Positions 1 to 7,891 of a DNA stretch of 64,000 nucleotides are shown here, in pieces; position 1 is the stretch's first letter, and each line of letters opens with the position of its first letter. The position numbers were made by a program, and so were the translations under genes. The notes beneath the pieces are model-generated. The model was not told the DNA's origin, did no database searches, and was given only the letters and a program-made list of their open reading frames with translations. Source of the stretch: Chitinophagales bacterium (GTDB lineage Bacteria; Bacteroidota; Bacteroidia; Chitinophagales; LD1); the NCBI GenBank assembly GCA_026129525.1, contig JAHCHW010000007.1:132561-196560 (forward strand), read 5' to 3'.

Positions 1-1
1 T

Positions 2-160
2 TCATTAGGAATGGTTAAGTATGGTTATGCTTCTACCGTGCAGGAAATGGTAAAGCGCCTTAAGTACGACATTATTTACATGGAGAACATGAATATAATG
101 ATGGACTTGAAAATTATGGTGTACACCGTTCTTACTATTGTATATGGCAGAGGAAAGTAA
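2..160 (+). CDS. C-terminal fragment of a bacterial sugar transferase (polyprenyl-phosphate sugar-1-phosphate transferase, WbaP/EpsL-like); 5' end lies outside the window
   Basis: Frame 2 reads SLGMVKYGYASTVQEMVKRLKYDIIYMENMNIMMDLKIMVYTVLTIVYGRGK* with TAA at 158-160. The RLKYDxxYxxNxxxxxDLKIxxxTV tail is the conserved C-terminus of the Bac_transf family. Confidence 0.7.
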   Translation, partial: SLGMVKYGYASTVQEMVKRLKYDIIYMENMNIMMDLKIMVYTVLTIVYGRGK

Positions 161-219
161 ACCGCCTGCAAACTGTTTGCTCTTTCGCTTTTTTGTTTTT
201 ATAGTATTTGGCTGTTTGT

Positions 220-3200
220 TTATCTTAACAAAGTCACTGTTCCTTTATAATTGTTATCGCTGTGGTTATCCATCCATACAAAACCCGCCACATAGGTATA
301 AACTCCGTTAGGTGCTGTTTGACCTAAATATTTTCCATCCCATGCAAAGTTTATATCGTTCGATTCAAACACCTTTTCGCCCCAGCGGTTAAACACTTTT
401 ACGTTAAATTGTTTTATGTCCTTCAGGTTGCCAAACATGCTCCAAGTATCGTTCATAAAATCTCCATTGGGAGTAAACACGTTAGGAATAAAAATATCGT
501 AGTTGGGTATAACGGTTACGGAAACGGATGCGGTGGCGGCACAACCTGCTTGAGTAGTTGCAGTAACATAATAAACGGTTGAGAAACTTCCTGAAAACAC
601 CGGAGCATCACAATCCGCGCAACTTAATCCACCGGTTGGTTGCCATGTGTAACTCACAGAACCCGACTGGTTAATGGTAGCTTGCAGGTTTAACGTTTCG
701 CCCGATTTTACTTCTGCTACAGTTGGCAGAACGGTAACCACAAGGGCAGCTGGCTCTGTAATAGTTGCCGATTGCAATGTTGTGCATCCGTTGGCATCGG
801 TAATTGTAACGGAGTAATTGCCTGCACTCAAGTTTGCTAAAGTACCGCTGGTGTTTTGTGTGCTTTGCGAAAACTGGTAGCTGTAGTTTGGTGTTCCTCC
901 ATTGACAGATACAGTCAACTGACCGTTATTTTCCCCAAAGCAGGTAACATCAACAGTGCTTATTTGGCCTGCAAGCAAAGCGGGTTCGGTAATCGTTACA
1001 ACAGTTGAGTCGGAACATTGGTTGTTATCGGTAACATATACTGTATAAGTTGCTGCTGTTTGGTTGGCAAATTGTCCTGTAGAAGAAGTTTGTATGTTGC
1101 TGCCACCAATGGTAAGCGAGTAGGTATATGGCGATGTTCCTCCTGAGCCTACAGCAGTTACGGAGCCGGTATTTCCTCCATTACACAAAACATTTACGGA
1201 TGTGGCACTTACATCTATCTGTGGCGGCTCTGTAATGGTTATACTTTGCACCGCAGTGCAATTATTTGCATCTGTTCCTGTAACCGAATAGTTGCCTGCC
1301 GGAAGATTTGAAGCATTGTTAGTGGAACTTACATTAGGCGACCACTGATAGGTGTAGCCGGGCGTTCCTCCGGTAATGGTTACTGTTGCTGTAGCAGTAC
1401 TCATTCCAAAGCAAAGATTATTGGTATGGGTTTCACTGATGTTCAACTGGGCAGGTTCGTTAATAGTAAACGCTGCTGTTTGATTGCAGCCATCTGCATC
1501 GCTGGCGCTTACCGTATAGCTGCCTGCCGGTGGTGTTACAGTAGCCGAGTTACCTCCTGCATTATTGCTCCAAGCATAATTGTATGGTAGATTGCCTCCC
1601 GTTGGATTGGCAGTTGCACTTCCATTGCCGCCAAAACATGTGGCATCAGTTGTACTTACAGTCATAGAAGGTGCGGGAGGCTCATTGATAGTAGCCGAGC
1701 CTGTAAATGAGCAGTTATTTGCATCGGAAGCGGTAACATCATATACTCCTGATGGTAAATTGTTGAGCGAAGCAGGTTGTACACCGCCCGGGTTCCAAGT
1801 ATAAGTTACGCTGCCGGTGGGGTTTACAAAGTTGGCGGTAACAGTTCCCTGTTGTGCTCCGGCACAAGGGTTATCGGTAGCTGCTACTGTTAAACTTTGC
1901 GGACCCGGTTCAGTTATTGTTTCGCTTAACGATACACTACATCCGTTAGAATCAACCAATGTTCCGGAATAAGTATTCGGTGAAAGATTAGGAATGACAG
2001 TTGTACCTGCGGGAACCGGATTGCCCATAAAAGTGTAGGGTGTAACTCCACCCGAAACAGTAACGGTGATGCTTCCGTTATTGGCACCGTGGCAAGTAAC
2101 ATTGGTATGCGATGAAGTAGCCGTTAGCGGAGCATCCGGTTCAAGAATAGTATCCTGACGAAGAACCGTACATCCATTTGCATCGGCAACTGTGTAGGCA
2201 TAAATACCCGCTGCTAATCCGGTGGGATTAGTACCTGAAACCGTTGAAGGATTCCATATGTAGGTATAAGGAGGTGTACCGCCCGCTGCCGACACATTGA
2301 AACTTCCGTTGTTATCGCCATAACAGGCTATATGTTGCAAGGTAAAAGAGGTGGTTAACACCGGAGGGCCGCTAACAGTACCACTTCCTGTTACAGTACA
2401 TCCGCTGCCATCAGTTACCGTAACTGTATAAGTTCCAGCAATCAGACTCGGATTTACATTGGTAGTTTTAAAATTATTCCAAGAATAGGAGTACGGCAAT
2501 GTGCCGCCCGAAACAGTTGCAACAGCATCTCCTTTTCCTGAGTGAAAACAACTGTCAGGTGTTGTTGCAACAGTAACAGATAAAGAAGGCACCCCTGAAA
2601 TGTTTCCGGCAGCAGTTGCCGTACAACCCGAAGCATCGGTAACTGTTACACTAATAGATCCGGGGGGGAGATTGGTGATATGCGGTGAATTCGGATAACC
2701 ACCGCTCCATAAATAATTGTATGGTGGCGCTCCGCCCGAAGGGACAGAAGCAAAGGCTTCACCGGTGTTTAATCCTGCACAAGCAATACCAATAGTGTTA
2801 AGTGTTGCCACCATTGCTGCACCGGGTTGTGTAATTGTAACTGTTCCGCTGAAATTATGCGATGGGTTGGCATCGGTGTAAGTATAGGTGTGCGTTCCTG
2901 CCGTAAGTCCTGTTGCTGTTGCTCCGGTTGAGCCGTTGCTCCATGTAATATTTACAGGTGGAGTGCTGCCGGTAACCGTAAGTGTGGCCGTACCATTCGC
3001 TCCGCCAAAACAACTAACATTGGTGGTGGTAACGTTGGTTGTTATACCACATGGGAGTTGAGTTATAGTTTCTGTATATTGTAAAAGAGCTGAGCATCCG
3101 TTTGCGTCATGAAAATCTGCAATCCATGTGCCTGCTGGTAATGAAACGGTGTAGCCCGGGAAACCCGCCCAGTTAACTCCTGAGTAAGGGGGGGTGCCAC

Positions 3201-4419
3201 CAGAAATTGTTATAGTGGCAGTGCCATTTCCACCGCAAGGGGCATCGGTGTGAGATGTAGTAGCGGTAAGTGGCGGTGGTTGGTTGATGGTAAACTGCTG
3301 TGTGGTAGTGCAGGCAACATCTGTAACTGTTACTGAATACGTGCCGGCACTTGCACCTACAAAAGTGTTTTGGGTAGTTCCGTTGCTCCATTGGTACTGA
3401 TAATTTCCAAATCCGTTTGTTGGAGCAAGTGTTATACCTCCATTAGAACCTCCATTGCAAGGCGGTGGGTTTACTGCCGCGTTAAGCACTATAGGTCCGG
3501 CTACGGTAACCTGATGAGTTTTAGTTGCAGTGCAGCCGTTATTGTCAGTTAAAGTAAGTGTAACGTTGTAGGTTCCCGGAGAGGAGTAAGAGTGCGTTTT
3601 ATTAGCTGTTAGAAAAGTTGGGTTGTTTACAGTTACAATAGTGCCATCGCCAAAGTTCCATTGCAAACTTTGATATTGGCTAAGGTTGGCATTGATGCAA
3701 GGATTAACAAACTCAAAAGATGCTGATGTTCCTGTACACATCTGAGGGGTGAAATCAAAATCAACATATAAATCGTACTGAAAATTTGAGTAGTAGCAAT
3801 CCTTCTGTGAGTAGTTGTAAAATCCAAATCGCCCCGGCTTAAAGCAATCTGTCCATTGAAATGTTTGCACACCATCAACAACAATTGTAACAGTAGTATA
3901 AGTCAAAAACAACTCAAAGGAATGATTAAATCCTTGGTTCCATCCGGCAGTGCCAAAGCTGTTTTGGATAACCGTAAACTCAGGAGTGTTTTGGTGGTTC
4001 CAAAATGTAGTGTTGTACATGCCCGGTGGTATTACGCCATCTACCCTGCACAATGATTTTCCACTTGAGGCTCCCCCTTGCTGTTGTTGTTTCCAGTCAA
4101 ACAACCAACAATCAAACGTGTCTATAGCTCCCATAGGATTAAGATAACTGAACACAAATCCCATCCAATCGTCATCATCATCGGTAGTTCGAAAGTTTCC
4201 GGTTACATGGACATTCATAAGGTCGAAGGGAGATAGAAAAAAGGTAGGTGCCCCATTAACGGTTTGGCGCACTTGAGTCCCTCCCAGTTGGGGAACCCAA
4301 TTCCCATTACCTGGATTTCCTCCTTGTGTCCATGTATTAAAGTTTACATTGGTTACACACTGGCTATTTGCAGTTAGTAAACTTAAAAGGAGAATCCCAA
4401 AGGAGTAGAGCTTCTTCAT
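220..4419 (-). CDS. Large secreted adhesin-like protein (1399 aa): signal peptide, TSP-C/lectin-like N-domain, PKD domain, 12 SprB-type repeats, T9SS type B (gliding-motility-associated, CHU_C) C-terminal domain
   Basis: Signal peptide MKKLYSFGILLLSLLTANSQ. PKD motif WNFGDGT...YNVTLTLTDNNGC. Twelve repeats of about 75 aa of the form CxGxxNG...GGTxPYxYxW...GxYxVTVTDxNGC, with Cys at aa 321, 395, 470, 547, 624, 699, 776, 852, 928, 1003, 1079 and 1160. C-terminus IPNVFTPNGDFMNDTW...VKVFNRWGEKVF...WDGKY...GVYTYV matches the type B CTD pattern. Confidence 0.9.
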   Translation of the reverse strand: MKKLYSFGILLLSLLTANSQCVTNVNFNTWTQGGNPGNGNWVPQLGGTQVRQTVNGAPTFFLSPFDLMNVHVTGNFRTTDDDDDWMGFVFSYLNPMGAIDTFDCWLFDWKQQQQGGASSGKSLCRVDGVIPPGMYNTTFWNHQNTPEFTVIQNSFGTAGWNQGFNHSFELFLTYTTVTIVVDGVQTFQWTDCFKPGRFGFYNYSQKDCYYSNFQYDLYVDFDFTPQMCTGTSASFEFVNPCINANLSQYQSLQWNFGDGTIVTVNNPTFLTANKTHSYSSPGTYNVTLTLTDNNGCTATKTHQVTVAGPIVLNAAVNPPPCNGGSNGGITLAPTNGFGNYQYQWSNGTTQNTFVGASAGTYSVTVTDVACTTTQQFTINQPPPLTATTSHTDAPCGGNGTATITISGGTPPYSGVNWAGFPGYTVSLPAGTWIADFHDANGCSALLQYTETITQLPCGITTNVTTTNVSCFGGANGTATLTVTGSTPPVNITWSNGSTGATATGLTAGTHTYTYTDANPSHNFSGTVTITQPGAAMVATLNTIGIACAGLNTGEAFASVPSGGAPPYNYLWSGGYPNSPHITNLPPGSISVTVTDASGCTATAAGNISGVPSLSVTVATTPDSCFHSGKGDAVATVSGGTLPYSYSWNNFKTTNVNPSLIAGTYTVTVTDGSGCTVTGSGTVSGPPVLTTSFTLQHIACYGDNNGSFNVSAAGGTPPYTYIWNPSTVSGTNPTGLAAGIYAYTVADANGCTVLRQDTILEPDAPLTATSSHTNVTCHGANNGSITVTVSGGVTPYTFMGNPVPAGTTVIPNLSPNTYSGTLVDSNGCSVSLSETITEPGPQSLTVAATDNPCAGAQQGTVTANFVNPTGSVTYTWNPGGVQPASLNNLPSGVYDVTASDANNCSFTGSATINEPPAPSMTVSTTDATCFGGNGSATANPTGGNLPYNYAWSNNAGGNSATVTPPAGSYTVSASDADGCNQTAAFTINEPAQLNISETHTNNLCFGMSTATATVTITGGTPGYTYQWSPNVSSTNNASNLPAGNYSVTGTDANNCTAVQSITITEPPQIDVSATSVNVLCNGGNTGSVTAVGSGGTSPYTYSLTIGGSNIQTSSTGQFANQTAATYTVYVTDNNQCSDSTVVTITEPALLAGQISTVDVTCFGENNGQLTVSVNGGTPNYSYQFSQSTQNTSGTLANLSAGNYSVTITDANGCTTLQSATITEPAALVVTVLPTVAEVKSGETLNLQATINQSGSVSYTWQPTGGLSCADCDAPVFSGSFSTVYYVTATTQAGCAATASVSVTVIPNYDIFIPNVFTPNGDFMNDTWSMFGNLKDIKQFNVKVFNRWGEKVFESNDINFAWDGKYLGQTAPNGVYTYVAGFVWMDNHSDNNYKGTVTLLR
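748..3483 (-). repeat. In-frame tandem array of 12 SprB-type repeats (about 225 nt period) inside the 1399 aa adhesin gene
   Basis: The CxGxxxG ... PY.Y.W ... TVTD..GC pattern recurs every 74-81 aa from about aa 313 to 1224 of the 220..4419 ORF. Confidence 0.85.
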
Positions 4420-4533
4420 AAATAGGTTTAGTCAGGGATGTGTGATATTGTGTCGGTAACAATTATAGCGAAAACTTCGACAGGTAAGAGGCGCAAGTTT
4501 CCACAAAGGTTGCGTAGCTATAACACTCTTTTT

Positions 4534-4574
4534 AAACAAAAAAACCTTCGAAAAAATTATTTCTCGAAGGTTTT
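4534..4574 (-). terminator. Rho-independent terminator downstream of tRNA-Lys
   Basis: Stem CCTTCGA (4545-4551) pairs with TCGAAGG (4564-4570) and is extended by A/T pairs. On the minus strand the hairpin is followed by UUUUUUUGUUU (complement of 4534-4544). Confidence 0.55.
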
Positions 4575-4587
4575 ACATTGATACTTG

Positions 4588-4660
4588 TGATTCTGTCGGG
4601 ATTCGAACCCGAGACCCATACATTAAAAGTGTATTGCTCTACCAGCTGAGCTACAGAATC
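4588..4660 (-). tRNA. tRNA-Lys (anticodon UUU)
   Basis: Reverse complement reads GATTCTG TA GCTC AGCTGGTA GAGC A ATACA CTTTTAA TGTAT GGGTC TCGGG TTCGAAT CCCGA CAGAATC A. This is a full cloverleaf with a 7 bp acceptor stem, a GTTCGAATC T-loop and anticodon TTT. CCA is not encoded. Confidence 0.93.
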
Positions 4661-4690
4661 GAACCTGTTTGCTTTTTTGAAAAGCGGACG

Positions 4691-4698
4691 CAAATATA
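4691..4698 (-). promoter_or_regulatory. Candidate Bacteroidota -7 promoter box (TAnnTTTG) upstream of tRNA-Lys
   Basis: The minus strand reads TATATTTG, about 30 nt upstream of the mature tRNA 5' end. This is an exact match to the TAnnTTTG consensus and is a motif match only. Confidence 0.3.
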
Positions 4699-4733
4699 GC
4701 CGCTTTGCCTAAAACTAAAAGTGCTGTGGAAAA

Positions 4734-5234
4734 TTATTCGGGTTTCTTTGCTTCGAGGATAACGCCATCGGCAAGAAAAACCAATTCTACTGCCGGCTCG
4801 GTAATTTTTTCAATTTCTTCCTTCGACTTACCGGCATCTTCGGCATAGTGGCGCAGTTGGGCTATCGAGGTGGTATCCCACGAAATTTTACCCTCGGCGT
4901 AGAAAGTTTGTCCTGAGCAATCTTTGGGCATAAAAAAGGCGTAGTCCTTAAAACGGATTCTCATGGTTTTTCCGTTGCCCAAATCAGCGGTCATCCAACA
5001 GCCTTTTACCTGGCATACCGATATTACTTTACCAGTAATTTTTACCTGTGCTGCGGGTTGGCCTTTCATTTTTTCGGGCATCAGTTTCACATCCACTGCG
5101 CCATCTTTAGTGATGGGTGCTCCATAACTGGTTTCTTTCGCACCTTTCGTTTTTTTACCAGATTGAGCTTGCACACCCAAAACGGCAACCACAACTAACA
5201 TACATACTGCCAATACTTTCTTCATGTTTTTCAA
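4734..5234 (-). CDS. Small secreted protein, DUF4920-like
   Basis: Signal peptide MKNMKKVLAVCMLVVVAVLGVQAQ. The motifs VCQVKGCWM and FKDYAFFMPKD are recognised from memory as the DUF4920 family. It lies 6 nt downstream of the flavoprotein gene. Confidence 0.6.
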   Translation of the reverse strand: MKNMKKVLAVCMLVVVAVLGVQAQSGKKTKGAKETSYGAPITKDGAVDVKLMPEKMKGQPAAQVKITGKVISVCQVKGCWMTADLGNGKTMRIRFKDYAFFMPKDCSGQTFYAEGKISWDTTSIAQLRHYAEDAGKSKEEIEKITEPAVELVFLADGVILEAKKPE

Positions 5235-5240
5235 TTTGGG

Positions 5241-6536
5241 CTACGAAAATAAAAGTTTGAGATAAAACAGCGGGTTTTTCAGTCGGGCACGCATGTCTAA
5301 ATCTTCAAACATACAGGAGATAGTTTCGCGTAGCAGTGCATTGGCGTTTGCCTTGTGAACCACAAAGTTGAACAACGATGGGTAGTTTACCAATTGTTGC
5401 ATACGGTAGGAGAGCAGCAGTTCGCTCCAAAGCCTGTTGTATAGCGCTGTATTGTATTGTTGGTTGAAGTTTTCCGAAAAGTTGCTTTGTGCCAAACATA
5501 ACACTGCTTGATGTGCCGCATACATACCGCTCATCATGGCGTTGCCTATTCCTTCGCCTGTAAACGGGTCAATCAGTTGTGCGGCATCACCGCAAAGCAA
5601 ATAGTTGTTGCCCGATATTTTTCTCTTTTTGGAGCCTAACGGCAAGCCGAAAAGTTTTACATCGCCTTGCAGCCTTGCATTTTCAAATCGCTGCCTGATA
5701 GATGGATGCTCAGACACAAGGCGTTCAAAAGATTTTTTCAGATTGATTTTTTGTGCACTCATTTTATCAGCCCGCATACCTATACCCACATTGGCATAGC
5801 CATCAGGCAATGGGAAAATCCAGAAATAGCCGGGCAGTATATCTTTTATAAAATGGAGTTCAATAAAATTTTGAGCATCAAGCCCGCTCACATTTTTGTA
5901 ATACGCGCGCAGCCCGAAACAATTATGAGCAGGTTCGGTTTGTAAGCCTGCAATATCTTTTGCAAAGGTTGAGTAAGCACCATCGCAGGCAATAATCAGT
6001 TTGGCAGTAATTTGTGTACCGTTTGTGCTGTATGCGGTTATGCCATCTGTTATTCGTTCAAATTTTCTGATTTCGCAACCTTCAAGGGTTTCTATCAGTG
6101 GATTGGCTTTTGCTTTTTCAAACAACCAATTGTCGAAATCAATTCGCTTGGCAATAAAGCCGGGAGCTTTTTTAATTTCTGTTTTACTACTCTTAAAAGG
6201 AATTCGAAGCGATTGCCCGTTAGGTGCCACAAAGGTTACTCCCCATGAGCCGAGAAACTGTTTATGCGAGGTCAACTCTTCTACATAATCCACATTTAAT
6301 TTGTTCAGCACCTCCACCACTTTGCCGCTAAGTGCATCCCCGCAAATTTTATCGCGCGGAAAAACTGCCTTATCAACTATGGTAGATGAAACTCCATGTT
6401 GGGCTAAGAACAGTGCAGCCGATGTTCCCGCAGGACCTGCTCCAATTATGAGTATGTTGGTGTTGATAATCGGCAAGGTTGAGTAAATTAAAGCAGATGA
6501 TTTTGGAAGCGATTGTCTGAATTCCCTTCTACACAA
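5241..6536 (-). CDS. FAD-dependent oxidoreductase, geranylgeranyl reductase family
   Basis: Rossmann FAD motif NILIIGAGPAGTSAALFLAQHG, then DKICGDALS and ACDGAYS motifs typical of geranylgeranyl reductases. The real start may be the TTG at 6476, since the first 20 aa of the ORF look non-native. Confidence 0.8.
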   Translation of the reverse strand: MCRREFRQSLPKSSALIYSTLPIINTNILIIGAGPAGTSAALFLAQHGVSSTIVDKAVFPRDKICGDALSGKVVEVLNKLNVDYVEELTSHKQFLGSWGVTFVAPNGQSLRIPFKSSKTEIKKAPGFIAKRIDFDNWLFEKAKANPLIETLEGCEIRKFERITDGITAYSTNGTQITAKLIIACDGAYSTFAKDIAGLQTEPAHNCFGLRAYYKNVSGLDAQNFIELHFIKDILPGYFWIFPLPDGYANVGIGMRADKMSAQKINLKKSFERLVSEHPSIRQRFENARLQGDVKLFGLPLGSKKRKISGNNYLLCGDAAQLIDPFTGEGIGNAMMSGMYAAHQAVLCLAQSNFSENFNQQYNTALYNRLWSELLLSYRMQQLVNYPSLFNFVVHKANANALLRETISCMFEDLDMRARLKNPLFYLKLLFS

Positions 6537-6543
6537 ACCGTTC

Positions 6544-7869
6544 TTAAAATGAACTTGCCATTCGTAAATAGATGGAACTTCCGGGCATGTGTGTGGGAAT
6601 TGCCAAGCCTAACAAGTTGTTGCTGCCTATGGTAAAATCAAAATATTTCCAACTTTTTGCAAACTCGAAACCTAAGTTAAATAAAGCATACCCTCCGCTG
6701 CCGGCTGAAACCGAAACCAGCATGTCGGGCTTAAGAAAGTAATTCACTTTTACAAAGCCATAGCCGTAGTATTTAGGTAAGTAGCGATACAGATAACCAA
6801 CGTTCAACACCAAACGGTTATTCAGTAAGGGTTTTGAGAAAGCCAACTGGGCAGAGAACGGCATAAACACTGAATATTTGTTGGTAGTGCGGCTTGGCAA
6901 ATTGGCGCGAACAGCACTGTCCACATTCAGCGTATCGAATGTTTGCGAACTAAATTCTAACAAATTTGGAATGGTAATTCCTTTAAACACTACATACTTG
7001 GCAGCGCTGTAATTAACCGGGGTTTTGCGGAAAGTCATGTAGCCTACATCCATCAGGTCAAGCGTTATCTTCCACTTGTCTTTATTCATAAAACCAATGT
7101 TGAAATCAACCGAAGCACCGGCACCGTTCAGTTGCCCGAATGATACCATCCCTTCGCGTGCAGTATTGAAGTTGAGGTCGTAATTAAATACAATAGAATC
7201 AGCATCGGGCGCGGTGTAAATCCACGATGTTCCCGTACGGATATATTGATTGTTGATACCTTGTAAGAAAGAACCGCTTATGCCAAACTGCATCTGATAT
7301 TTTCCATAATCAATAGTTTTTCCTATGCCGATGGTGTACTGATTAAACATGTTGTTCTGAAACATGAAGCCTGAAAAATCTGCCGTATCACCTTCAAAAC
7401 GAGCATTGCCGTAAAATACGGTTCGGTAAGCATCTTTAGTGCCGCGAATTAACCGCGACTGGCGGTGATGGTAACTTAACATTACAATGCCATCCCATTT
7501 TTTTAAGTATCTGCGATAGGTGGCTCCGGTTTTCATGTAATCTTCAAACTGTATACCTCTTTTTAGGCTCTTGTCAGTTCTGTCTTTCAGCGCTTGCGTA
7601 ATCTCTCCTTTAAAAATCATTTTATATGCAAAAATTACCGGCACGGCATCAGAGTTTGCCTGATAATCGAAATCAATGTTTATACGGTTGTCGGCATCGC
7701 TTCGGAAAGTTTCGTTAAATATATTGTTGATGGCAACCGAAGTATAATTGTAAAGCAGGTACGCACGTTTTTTGGTGGTAACGCTATCCATTGTAACAGC
7801 GGTGCTGTCCTGTGCCGATAACTTAATAAAGAAGGAAAATGCGGTGGTAAAAAGAATTAGTTTTTGCAT
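6544..7869 (-). CDS. Uncharacterised outer-membrane beta-barrel-like protein (441 aa)
   Basis: Start moved to ATG 7869, which gives the signal peptide MQKLILFTTAFSFFIKLSAQ. The sequence has alternating-hydrophobicity, Gly/Tyr/Asn-rich strands, and the terminal residues ...YLRMASSF end in Phe, the OMP C-terminal signature. Confidence 0.7.
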   Translation of the reverse strand: MQKLILFTTAFSFFIKLSAQDSTAVTMDSVTTKKRAYLLYNYTSVAINNIFNETFRSDADNRINIDFDYQANSDAVPVIFAYKMIFKGEITQALKDRTDKSLKRGIQFEDYMKTGATYRRYLKKWDGIVMLSYHHRQSRLIRGTKDAYRTVFYGNARFEGDTADFSGFMFQNNMFNQYTIGIGKTIDYGKYQMQFGISGSFLQGINNQYIRTGTSWIYTAPDADSIVFNYDLNFNTAREGMVSFGQLNGAGASVDFNIGFMNKDKWKITLDLMDVGYMTFRKTPVNYSAAKYVVFKGITIPNLLEFSSQTFDTLNVDSAVRANLPSRTTNKYSVFMPFSAQLAFSKPLLNNRLVLNVGYLYRYLPKYYGYGFVKVNYFLKPDMLVSVSAGSGGYALFNLGFEFAKSWKYFDFTIGSNNLLGLAIPTHMPGSSIYLRMASSF

Positions 7870-7891
7870 GTAGGGAGTCGGTTTCACAAAA

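Noticed and set aside
4420-4733. tRNA-Lys as a possible integration site for a genomic island carrying the adjacent adhesin
   Set aside because: There is no integrase or excisionase gene nearby. I did not spot a second copy of the tRNA 3' half anywhere in the window that could serve as an att repeat. The flanks are ordinary chromosomal genes.
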